From assembly GCA_934434555.1 (NCBI GenBank), contig CAKRZX010000006.1:20983-84982 (forward strand): 64,000 nucleotides of DNA. The letters are read 5' to 3'. This stretch comes from an uncultured Clostridia bacterium (lineage in GTDB: Bacteria > Bacillota > Clostridia > Christensenellales > QALW01). Below are positions 26,149 through 34,375 of the stretch, one piece after another; the first letter of the stretch is position 1; every line of letters begins with the position of its first letter. Made by a program: the position numbers and the translations under genes. Below the pieces are notes generated by a model, which saw only the letters and a program-made list of their open reading frames with translations, was not told where the DNA came from and ran no database searches.

Positions 26149-27615
26149 ATGAAAAACGCATACATAAAAAATCTCAGCGGAACGAAATGCGACGCGCAGA
26201 TTGTCAATCAGAAATTGTGGGTTTCGGGCGACAGGGTCGGGCTCATTTCAATAACGTGGGAGCATAAATTCCCCGAAAATACTCTTGTGCTCGGAGACGC
26301 GTGGGAGCGCTCTTACGGCGACCTGTGCTTCCGCCCGGTTAATGAAAATCATAATGCACCTTGGTATTTTATTGCCCAAAGCGGAAATACGGTACTGGGT
26401 GTCGGCGTTAAAACCGGTGCAAACGCATTTGTGAATTTTACGTATAACGAAACAAGCGTTACCGCGTTAATAGACGCACGCTGCGGAAGTGAAGCAACGG
26501 TGCTCGGCGGAAGAAAAATTTGCCTGTGTGAGTTTGTTTTCAAGGAATATTCAGGTGTTTCGGCATTTGAGGCGGCAAAGGATTTCTGCCGTGAAATGTG
26601 TGATAAGCCGTTACTTCCCCCAAAACCCATTTACGGCGGCAACGATTTTTATTACTACTACGGACACAGCACCGCCGAAACAATTGTTCAGAATGCGTCG
26701 TTTATAGGCGAAATGTCCAAAGGGTTTGAAAACAGACCCTATATGGTTGTTGATGACGGCTGGGAAACTACGTTCTGTACCGGTCCGTGGACGGTGAACG
26801 ACAAGTTCCGCGATATGAAAAAACTTGCAAAAAATATTAAAAACGAAAATGTTCTGCCCGGCATCTGGGTGCGCTTTCTGTGCGATAAAAATCCGATTAT
26901 TCCCGACTGGTGGAGAATTGAGAGAAACGGAAAGAAAGAGTTCCTTGACCCCAGTGTTCCCGATGTGCTTGACTACATCAGTCAGACAATCGGTATATTC
27001 CGCGCGTGGGGATACAGAATGATAAAGCACGATTTTTCAACTGTTGATATGTTCGGCCATTACGGATTCGAAATTACCGATACAATAACGAAAATCGATA
27101 ACTGGCATTTTGCCGATACGTCCCGAACAAGCGCCGAAATAGTAAAAGAATACTATAAGACCATTCTTGCCGCCGCGGGAAAAGATATGACGATTCTCGG
27201 CTGCAACACTATTCCGCACTTGATTGCCGGATTTGCTCACTGTAACAGAACCGGCGACGACACAAGCGGAAGAGAGTGGGCAAGAACAAAGAAAATGGGC
27301 ATAAATACCCTTGCATACAGAATGGTTCAGCACGATACGTTCTATTCCGCCGATGCCGACTGCGTGGGTACGCTTTCGGTGCCGTGGGAAAAGAATGTTC
27401 AGTGGCTTAAAATGCTTGCTTTAAGCGGAACCGCGCTGTTTATTTCAACTAACGATGCGGAGTTGACGCCCGAAATGAAAAGCGATATCCGCGGTGCGTT
27501 TGAACTTGTGCAAAAGGGTGAAATGAAACTTACACCTCTTGAATGGGGAGAAAATCTCACTCCGGAACGCTGGCTGTGCGACGGAAAAGAGATTAAATTT
27601 GATTTCGGAGACTAA
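26149..27615 (+). CDS. glycoside hydrolase, clan GH-D-like (GH27/GH36-type alpha-galactosidase-like TIM barrel)
   Basis: 488 aa, no signal peptide. VVDDGWE, LPGIWV, FLDPSVPDV...GYRMIKHDF, NRTGDD motifs resemble the melibiase-type catalytic core. Exact family not determinable by eye. Confidence 0.5.
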   Translation: MKNAYIKNLSGTKCDAQIVNQKLWVSGDRVGLISITWEHKFPENTLVLGDAWERSYGDLCFRPVNENHNAPWYFIAQSGNTVLGVGVKTGANAFVNFTYNETSVTALIDARCGSEATVLGGRKICLCEFVFKEYSGVSAFEAAKDFCREMCDKPLLPPKPIYGGNDFYYYYGHSTAETIVQNASFIGEMSKGFENRPYMVVDDGWETTFCTGPWTVNDKFRDMKKLAKNIKNENVLPGIWVRFLCDKNPIIPDWWRIERNGKKEFLDPSVPDVLDYISQTIGIFRAWGYRMIKHDFSTVDMFGHYGFEITDTITKIDNWHFADTSRTSAEIVKEYYKTILAAAGKDMTILGCNTIPHLIAGFAHCNRTGDDTSGREWARTKKMGINTLAYRMVQHDTFYSADADCVGTLSVPWEKNVQWLKMLALSGTALFISTNDAELTPEMKSDIRGAFELVQKGEMKLTPLEWGENLTPERWLCDGKEIKFDFGD

Positions 27616-27617
27616 AA

Positions 27618-29702
27618 ATGAACTATATTCCTGAATATTTTACATTCAAAAAAGCGCTTCCTGTCTGGGAAAACGGCACGGAGTGCGAGCCGAACACAAA
27701 CCTTATTTTCAGGGTAAAAGTAAAAAACGGAACGGATACCGTTTTGCGCATAGCAGGTCAGATGCACTATGTTGTGCGCATAAACGGAAATCTGCTGTTT
27801 GAGGGTCCTGCAAGATGTGCTGACGGCTGGAACAGGGCAGATGAGTTTAAGATTGATACCTATCTTACCGACGAAACGAATATTCTGACTGTTTTTGTTG
27901 AGGGGCTTTATGCCACGGGATTTTCTGCGGTAAGGCAGAAATCGTTCCTGTGCGCGGAGATTGAACAGGGCGGAGAAATTATTGCCGCCACCGGTTTTGA
28001 CGGATTTGAGGCAATAAAGTATTCCGAGCGCATAAAAAAGACGCAGCGGTATTCTTATCAGCGTCCGTTTGTTGAGGCGTACCGTTTTGACGGCACAGCC
28101 GAAAGATTTATGCGTGACGAAAATTTTTGCCCTGAAAAAGTAAATTTGTCCGAAACCGAAACAAAGAAATTCATTACCCGCAGAGTGCCGTTTCCGCTCT
28201 ATACTGCGGCGGAGTTCAAAAAAATTGAAACCTGCGGCTGCGTTTATGATGAAAATCAGCCAATAAAGTTCAAAGACCGTTCGCTTATGTGCGTAAACGA
28301 ACACTGGACGGCATACGAAAAAGATGAACTTGAAATTTGTTCGTCGGAAATTGCCGATAAAATCGTTCTTGCTGACAAGGGAAAAAACTATACTCTTTAT
28401 GACGCCGGACAGATTTATTCAGGGCTTATCGAAATTGATTTCGATGTTAAGGAAAAGGCAAGGATTGTTATCGTTTTTGATGAGATTCTTGAAAACGGAC
28501 GAATAAACTTCGGACGGCTTAACTGTTGTAATTCTTTTGTATGTGAATTTGAAAAGGGGAAATATAACTTCTCGACACTTGGAGTTTTTACGGCGCGGTA
28601 TATCGGCATTGCTGTCCTTTTCGGAAAAGCAGAACCGAAAAATATAAGAATAAGAAAAACAGAATACCCGGATAACCTTGTTAAAAAGTGCAGTTTTGCG
28701 GATTCTGATATTCAGACAGTTTTTAATGCGGGAAGAGAAAGTTTCAAACAAAACACCGTAGATATTCTTATGGATTGTCCCTCGCGCGAACGTGCGGGCT
28801 GGCTTTGCGATTCAACGTTTATTTCCCGCGGCGAATATGCGTTTACGGACAAAAGCATTGTTACAAAGAATTTCTTAGAGAACTTTATTCTTGCGGAAAA
28901 TTTCCCGCTTATACCCGAAAATATGATTCCGGGCTGCTATCCGTCCGACAATGACGGCGGCTGTCCCACAAACGGATATATTCTGAATTGGGCACTGTGG
29001 TTTATTGTTCAGGTTAAAGAGTATTTTGATCTTTCTTCCGACCGCACGATTGCAGATGGCGCGAAAGAGGTAATTTATAAAATCCTCAAATTCTTTGAAC
29101 AGTTCAAAAATTCCGACGGCTTAATCGCGCGTACCCGCGGCTGGGTTCTGCTTGAATATTCTCCGGCAAATAAGTTTCAGCAGGATATTTGTTATCCGCT
29201 CAATATGCTGTACTCTTATGCGGAAAAAGCGGCGGGCGAGATGTATAATGACTCCTTGCTGATTTTGGAATCGGAAAAAATCAAAAAGACGGTTATCAAA
29301 AAGTCATTTGACGGCAAGTATTTTGTAGATAATGCCGTGTATAAAGACGGCGTTGCCGAAAACACGGGCAACCGTTCGGAATTCTGCCAGTACTGCGCGT
29401 TCTTCTTCGGTATTGCCGATAGGGAAAACTTTGCCGACCTGTGGCGCGATTTGGTGGAAAACGCGGGCGAACACGGCAAAACCGATTTGGTTCCCGCGGC
29501 TATGTTTTTGGGAAAAACATTGAGATTGCAGTTGCTTGCAAAGAGCGGAATGTACAGTGAGGCGAGAGAAAGCCTTAAAGCGTACTGCCTTAATATGGCA
29601 TTGCGGACAGGAACGCTCTGGGAGTTTGACGATACGTTTGCGTCCTGCTGCCACGGCTTTCAGTCGGCAAACGTGGGTTGGCTTTTGAATGAAGAATTCT
29701 AA
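27618..29702 (+). CDS. alpha-L-rhamnosidase-related six-hairpin glycosidase (GH78-like)
   Basis: 694 aa, no signal peptide. N-terminal beta-sandwich (LRIAGQMHYVVRINGNLLFEGP). MDCPSRERAGWLCDS matches the GH78 DCPxR(D)ERxGWxGD motif. Confidence 0.6.
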   Translation: MNYIPEYFTFKKALPVWENGTECEPNTNLIFRVKVKNGTDTVLRIAGQMHYVVRINGNLLFEGPARCADGWNRADEFKIDTYLTDETNILTVFVEGLYATGFSAVRQKSFLCAEIEQGGEIIAATGFDGFEAIKYSERIKKTQRYSYQRPFVEAYRFDGTAERFMRDENFCPEKVNLSETETKKFITRRVPFPLYTAAEFKKIETCGCVYDENQPIKFKDRSLMCVNEHWTAYEKDELEICSSEIADKIVLADKGKNYTLYDAGQIYSGLIEIDFDVKEKARIVIVFDEILENGRINFGRLNCCNSFVCEFEKGKYNFSTLGVFTARYIGIAVLFGKAEPKNIRIRKTEYPDNLVKKCSFADSDIQTVFNAGRESFKQNTVDILMDCPSRERAGWLCDSTFISRGEYAFTDKSIVTKNFLENFILAENFPLIPENMIPGCYPSDNDGGCPTNGYILNWALWFIVQVKEYFDLSSDRTIADGAKEVIYKILKFFEQFKNSDGLIARTRGWVLLEYSPANKFQQDICYPLNMLYSYAEKAAGEMYNDSLLILESEKIKKTVIKKSFDGKYFVDNAVYKDGVAENTGNRSEFCQYCAFFFGIADRENFADLWRDLVENAGEHGKTDLVPAAMFLGKTLRLQLLAKSGMYSEARESLKAYCLNMALRTGTLWEFDDTFASCCHGFQSANVGWLLNEEF

Positions 29703-29709
29703 TGAGAGA

Positions 29710-29734
29710 GAGCATCGCTTGATGCTCTTTTTTT
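29710..29734 (+). terminator. rho-independent terminator
   Basis: GAGCATC-GCTT-GATGCTC followed by TTTTTTT, 8 nt after the stop. Confidence 0.8.
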
Positions 29735-29798
29735 GACTTAAAAACGAATACATTTGAACTTTTAACGCATTTACATTTTAATCGAATTTTAATATAAT
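29731..29798 (+). promoter_or_regulatory. promoter copy C: 20-bp box + 18 bp + ATTTACA-17 bp-TATAAT
   Basis: TTTTGACTTAAAAACGAATA (29731-29750), TTTACA 29770-29775, TATAAT 29793-29798. Same spacing as copies A and B. Confidence 0.55.
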
Positions 29799-29849
29799 CT
29801 TAATAGAAATAAAGATGAATTTTTAACTTCTTGAAAGGGGGAGATGTGA

Positions 29850-29951
29850 GTGAAAAAAGAATACAACGAGCCGACAATAAGGGTTGTTGAAATTACGGCA
29901 AGTGATTTGCTTACCGAAAGCGGCATTGAATTACCCGAGGAAGATTTATAA
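29850..29951 (+). CDS. candidate 33-aa acidic small protein / leader peptide
   Basis: GTG start 6 nt after AAGGGGGAG. Translation (M)KKEYNEPTIRVVEITASDLLTESGIELPEEDL. The TAA stop abuts the Shine-Dalgarno sequence of the 1411-aa gene. Not in the supplied ORF track (below its size cutoff). Confidence 0.35.
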   Translation: MKKEYNEPTIRVVEITASDLLTESGIELPEEDL

Positions 29952-29967
29952 TAAAGGAGAATGTAGA

Positions 29968-32900
29968 ATGAAGAAATTTGCGGCATTGCTTTTGAGCGTT
30001 ATTCTTGTTGCGGGCGTTTTTACGGGCGTAACATTTGTAAACGCCGAAAGCGAAGAAAGTTATTTTGAAAGTTTTGAAGAGTGGAAAGAGGGATATGAAT
30101 TCCCAAAGACAGCGAGCATTGAGGGCGATTTAGGGCTTTTCTGGGCTGATGCGAATAAAGATTCTTTTACCGTATCAACCGAGCAGGTTAAAAACGGCAG
30201 CAAAGCAGGTAAAATTGTTTCAGGCGCAAACTACAAAGATACCGGCGCTTGGCTGACAAATTCCCTTATAAAGAGAGTTGTAACACAAAACGAAACATAT
30301 GAATTAAGTTTTTGGTACTATTCTACCGCGGCAACGAAACTTCACGTTTGTTACAGGTCAGGAACGAATAATCAGTTTGCCAGCGGCTGGTGGGCGGACA
30401 TCAAAGCCAATATTGAGGTAAAAGTAAACGAATGGACGTATGTAACCGTTCAGTTTGAGGGCGCTGACTGTATGAAGTATGTGAACGATTCAGCATATGA
30501 CGCTTTCATCGTTGTAAGGTCGGATAAGACCGCCGGTGCAACTGCTTACATAGATGATATTTCACTTTGCAAATATCAGCCTGTGGCGGGAGAATATAAA
30601 GAATACTTTGAATCGTATGAAGAGGGATATGAATTCCCCAAGACTGCGAGCATTGAGGGCGATTTAGGGCTTTTCTGGGCTGATGCGGATAAGGATTCTT
30701 TTACCGTATCAAACGAGCAGGTTAAAAACGGCAGCAAAGCAGGTAAAATTGTTTCAGGCGCAAACTACAAAGATACCGGCGTGTGGCTTACAAATTCTCT
30801 TGTAAAGCGTGTTGTAACAACAGAGGAAACGTATGTTTTAAGTTTTTGGTATTATTCCACCGCGGCAACGCAGTTGTCCGTTTCGTACAGAACCGGTACA
30901 AATAATCCCCTTGACGGAATAAGCGGTAAGTGGTGGCAGGATATTAAGAACGGAATTCAGGTAAATGCCGGCGAATGGACGTATGTAACCGTTCAGTTTG
31001 AGGGCGCTGACTGTATGAATTATGTAAGCAATTCCACATATGCTGCAAACGTAATTATCAGGTCAACAAAGACCGCCGGTGCAGTTGCTTATATTGATGA
31101 TATCTCTCTTTGCAGTGTAAACGGATTTGAAGCCGATGCGCTTACGCTTTCACAAAACGGAAACTGTGATAACGGAACGGAAAACTGGTTCACTTGGGAT
31201 TTCTTCGGCGGCACAAACGCAAAAATCGAAGCCGCGGAAGTTGACGGCAATAAATGCATAAAGTTTTCTCCCGATAACTCATACAGTTCCGTAGGATTTG
31301 ATTTGAGCCCGTATATTGTAAAAGATTCTTCAATGGCATCATTGGGCTGGCGCTACGGCGGGTTCGGCGCGGGATACTATACCGTTTCGTTCCGAATAAA
31401 GGCAATCGGGCTTGAAGAGGGCGAAAAGCGCGTTATGGCATTGGGGCTTGTAGGCAATACTCTGAATAACAAAGTTGCATACCTTAATCCGATTTCCGCA
31501 AGCGGACTTGAAAGAGAAATAAGCAACGAATGGACCACTGTAAGTTCCACGTTCGCAGTAGACGACACGTTCCTTTCACAGGCGGCAAAGAGCAGCGGCA
31601 AGTATAATATCACTTTGCGTGTTGACGGCAACAAGCGCGGCTACGGCGATTCATTGAACAACACGTTTGCGCCGTTTGATTACTATATTGACGATTTGAC
31701 AATTCAGTATGTTAAATTCGATAATGTTCAGCCGGCACTGGGAAGTTCGATTATGGTTTCATACAAGGTTCCCAAAACGGCAATCGATAAAAACTGCTAT
31801 GTTAAATTTGAGACGGCAAACGGGGAAGAAAACGTTTATCCCACGGAAGAGAGTGAATACGTTTTCACACTTAAAAATATTTCGCCCAAAATGCTTACCG
31901 AGAACATAAAAGCGACGCTTTATGCAAAGGATAATACAGTACTTTACGTTAAAGAATCGTACAGCATTGCGCAGTATTGCAATGATTTGTTTGACAGCGG
32001 CAAGGCAGACGAAAAGACAAAAACCCTGATTGCGGATTTGCTTAAATACGGTGAGTATGCACAACTGTATACGGGGTACAATACGGAGAATCTGCCGTTT
32101 TCAAGCCTGTCAGACGCGCGTAAATCATACGCCACCGCAAGTGACCCTGTGCTTACGAGCGTTACCGACAAGAACTACAAAGTAATTGAAAATGCAAGCG
32201 TAAACATTAAATCCGCTTCGGTTATTCTTACCGACGCTGTTGCCTGCAAATTCTACTTTGATGGTAAGCCCGATGAAGTAAAAATGGTTTTAGGCGATAA
32301 AACATATACGCGTACTGAAATCGGATTTGATTCGGCTAAAAACAGGTATTATGCCGTGTTTGACGAAGTGCCGATTTATTCCATGAACGAGCAGTTTGAA
32401 ATTACAGCATATAAAGACGGAGCGGCTGCAAGCAACACACTTTTGTACAGCGTTGAATCTTACGCGGCGTCAAAAGCGAACAATACTTCAACGCCGTATC
32501 TGGCAGACTTGGTAAAAGCGATGATAAATTACGGAACGTCATCACGTAATTATAAAGCAGGTTCAACGGCAACTCAGTGGATTTCCACTGAGTTCGCTTT
32601 TTCCTCAACGAAAGAAATAAGCGAAGAATACGCACCGTATGTTTATGCCGACGCCGTGTTTTCCTGCAACGGGGCAGAACTTACCGTTCCGCTGTTTTGG
32701 GACGGCGGCAGCACATATAAAGTAAGATTTGCGCCTACAAAAACGGGAATGTGGAACTATAAAATCGTATCGCGGCAGAACAAAGTAATCGGCGAGGCAA
32801 GCAATTATTGGGTGTTCGACGATACTCTTGACGGATTAAACGGTTCATTTTATGTTTCTGCGGCGGAAGAGACGGCGCCCGAAATATATAAGCACGGGTT

Positions 32901-34200
32901 TATTAAAGAGGACGGAAAACATTTTTCCTACAATGACGGCACGCCGTTCTTTTATCTGGGCGACACACACTGGACGATGCTTTTGGAAGAGTATGATACC
33001 CGTTTTAAGTATATTGCCGACAAAAGAGCCGAACAGGGTTTTACGGTGTACCAAAGTCAGCCCATAACCGACAGCACAACCCCGCTTTTTAATTTTACCG
33101 ACCATAATGTTTCGTTAAGAGACATTGAGGGAATGAAAACGGTTGATAAATACTTTGATTATATCGCACAAAAGGGATTTGTTCACGCAAACGGCTGTCT
33201 GTTTTTTGAAGATGCATTCAGAAAAGCCGACGAGAGCGGCAATACAAATTTGAAAAACGACCATAATTATCTTAAAGCCATAACAAGGCACTGGGTGGCG
33301 AGGTATTCCGCGTATCCTGTTATATGGACGCTTGCACAGGAAGCGGACAGCGAGAAAAACAGAGTTTATGCATCAAATGATAATCCGTGGATAAAAATTG
33401 CCCGGTACATAAACGACTACGATGCATATTCGCACCCGCTTACCGCACATCAGGAAACGGCGGAAAAGATTACGGCAAGCAATTCACTGTTCACTTTGGC
33501 TGAAAAAGACGGAATAACAACGGGACATTCTTTCTTCGGTGCACAGTGGAAACCTTCTCGGTTAAACGGCAACACGGATTTTACGCCGTTTAAGGATTAC
33601 TATGATTCTCAAAAGCCTGCGGTTATGTACGAGAGTTATTACGAAAACTATAAGACAAAAGCCTACGGTGCAAGGGTAGAGGGCTATACGGCGTATCTGA
33701 CGGGTATGTGCGGTTTCGGCTACGGCGTAAGCGACATTTGGCACTTGCTTAACGATGACGATGTGAATTTGATAAAACCGTCAAATAACGATGGATTTGA
33801 TACCGTAACGGTAGAAGATAAGCACACGGCATATACCGAATCGGTGAAACTGGGCAGCCAGATGACCGTAATGAAAAATTTCTTTTCAAAAATAAACTGG
33901 TGGGAACTTAAACCGGATTTCGGTGACGAATATGCATTTAAGCCCAAAGCAAGCGACTATTTTGTTGCGGCAAGAGACGAGAACAAAACGTTGTTTGTTG
34001 TTTATCTGTACCGCAATATTCAACAGTCGGGCGGGTACGTGACTAATCTTGACACATCGGCAACGTATACAGCGAAATGGTTTAATCCGCGTGACGGATA
34101 CGAACAGATTATAAATTCTTCTGTAAGCGGCGATTCTTTCTGCGTACCTGAAAAGCCGTCACAATACGATTGGGTTCTGATTTTAACAAAAAACAGTTAG
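29968..34200 (+). CDS. secreted multidomain glycosidase: signal peptide, 2 near-identical CBM-like modules, a third CBM4/9-like module, uncharacterised middle region, C-terminal DUF5060+DUF4038 (GH140-like) catalytic region
   Basis: 1411 aa from MKKFAALLLSVILVAGVFTGVTFVNA with AAAGGAGAA Shine-Dalgarno; the 29884 start is rejected. C-terminal VPLFWDGGSTYKVRFAPTKTGMWNY, TPFFYLGDTHW, QGFTVYQSQ, YTAKWFNPRDGY are paralogous to the 21384 gene. Confidence 0.8.
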   Translation: MKKFAALLLSVILVAGVFTGVTFVNAESEESYFESFEEWKEGYEFPKTASIEGDLGLFWADANKDSFTVSTEQVKNGSKAGKIVSGANYKDTGAWLTNSLIKRVVTQNETYELSFWYYSTAATKLHVCYRSGTNNQFASGWWADIKANIEVKVNEWTYVTVQFEGADCMKYVNDSAYDAFIVVRSDKTAGATAYIDDISLCKYQPVAGEYKEYFESYEEGYEFPKTASIEGDLGLFWADADKDSFTVSNEQVKNGSKAGKIVSGANYKDTGVWLTNSLVKRVVTTEETYVLSFWYYSTAATQLSVSYRTGTNNPLDGISGKWWQDIKNGIQVNAGEWTYVTVQFEGADCMNYVSNSTYAANVIIRSTKTAGAVAYIDDISLCSVNGFEADALTLSQNGNCDNGTENWFTWDFFGGTNAKIEAAEVDGNKCIKFSPDNSYSSVGFDLSPYIVKDSSMASLGWRYGGFGAGYYTVSFRIKAIGLEEGEKRVMALGLVGNTLNNKVAYLNPISASGLEREISNEWTTVSSTFAVDDTFLSQAAKSSGKYNITLRVDGNKRGYGDSLNNTFAPFDYYIDDLTIQYVKFDNVQPALGSSIMVSYKVPKTAIDKNCYVKFETANGEENVYPTEESEYVFTLKNISPKMLTENIKATLYAKDNTVLYVKESYSIAQYCNDLFDSGKADEKTKTLIADLLKYGEYAQLYTGYNTENLPFSSLSDARKSYATASDPVLTSVTDKNYKVIENASVNIKSASVILTDAVACKFYFDGKPDEVKMVLGDKTYTRTEIGFDSAKNRYYAVFDEVPIYSMNEQFEITAYKDGAAASNTLLYSVESYAASKANNTSTPYLADLVKAMINYGTSSRNYKAGSTATQWISTEFAFSSTKEISEEYAPYVYADAVFSCNGAELTVPLFWDGGSTYKVRFAPTKTGMWNYKIVSRQNKVIGEASNYWVFDDTLDGLNGSFYVSAAEETAPEIYKHGFIKEDGKHFSYNDGTPFFYLGDTHWTMLLEEYDTRFKYIADKRAEQGFTVYQSQPITDSTTPLFNFTDHNVSLRDIEGMKTVDKYFDYIAQKGFVHANGCLFFEDAFRKADESGNTNLKNDHNYLKAITRHWVARYSAYPVIWTLAQEADSEKNRVYASNDNPWIKIARYINDYDAYSHPLTAHQETAEKITASNSLFTLAEKDGITTGHSFFGAQWKPSRLNGNTDFTPFKDYYDSQKPAVMYESYYENYKTKAYGARVEGYTAYLTGMCGFGYGVSDIWHLLNDDDVNLIKPSNNDGFDTVTVEDKHTAYTESVKLGSQMTVMKNFFSKINWWELKPDFGDEYAFKPKASDYFVAARDENKTLFVVYLYRNIQQSGGYVTNLDTSATYTAKWFNPRDGYEQIINSSVSGDSFCVPEKPSQYDWVLILTKNS
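30064..31113 (+). repeat. intragenic tandem duplication of a CBM-like module (period 534 nt)
   Basis: Copies at about 30064-30570 and about 30598-31113. Exact shared runs of 42 nt (GCGAGCATTGAGGGCGATTTAGGGCTTTTCTGGGCTGATGCG), 68 nt (CGAGCAGGTTAAAAACGG...GATACCGGCG) and 47 nt (GAATGGACGTATGTAACCGTTCAGTTTGAGGGCGCTGACTGTATGAA). Confidence 0.9.
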
Positions 34201-34218
34201 GGTTCTGATACTGGTTTT

Positions 34219-34245
34219 GCCTCCGCGAAAAAGCGGGGGCTTTTT
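34219..34245 (+). terminator. rho-independent terminator
   Basis: GCCTCCGC-GAAAAA-GCGGGGGC followed by TTTTT. Confidence 0.75.
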
Positions 34246-34307
34246 CTGTGCACAGGGGGCGGATAGGTATAATAAGGTAAATAATGTGTAAACAAATTTT
34301 TCTTCAC

Positions 34308-34336
34308 TTGAAAAACAGTTTGCTCTGCGGTATAAT
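34308..34336 (+). promoter_or_regulatory. promoter of the ABC module (TTGAAA-17 bp-TATAAT)
   Basis: Hexamers at 34308-34313 and 34331-34336 with a 17-bp spacer. Confidence 0.55.
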
Positions 34337-34375
34337 ATGCAAAGAATTAATGCAAATTCAATCGGAGAAGAATAT

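Noticed and set aside
29884-29967. N-terminal extensions proposed by the ORF track. Affected starts: 29884 for the giant gene, 10305 for galT, 8024 for ldhA, 57448 for hslU, 61547 for pfp, 45019 for the SDR, 40347 for fucI, 34337 for the lipoprotein, 15285 for the esterase and 51378 for AraC.
   Set aside because: In each case an internal ATG is preceded by a good Shine-Dalgarno sequence and gives the canonical family N-terminus or a signal peptide. The extensions overlap neighbouring genes or promoters and add non-homologous residues.
23825-31113. The repeated CBM modules considered as the variable/template repeat pair of a diversity-generating retroelement.
   Set aside because: No reverse transcriptase or accessory gene is in the window, and both copies are in-frame parts of the coding sequences. 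The substitutions between copies are not restricted to adenine positions; C>A, T>C, G>A and indels are all seen.
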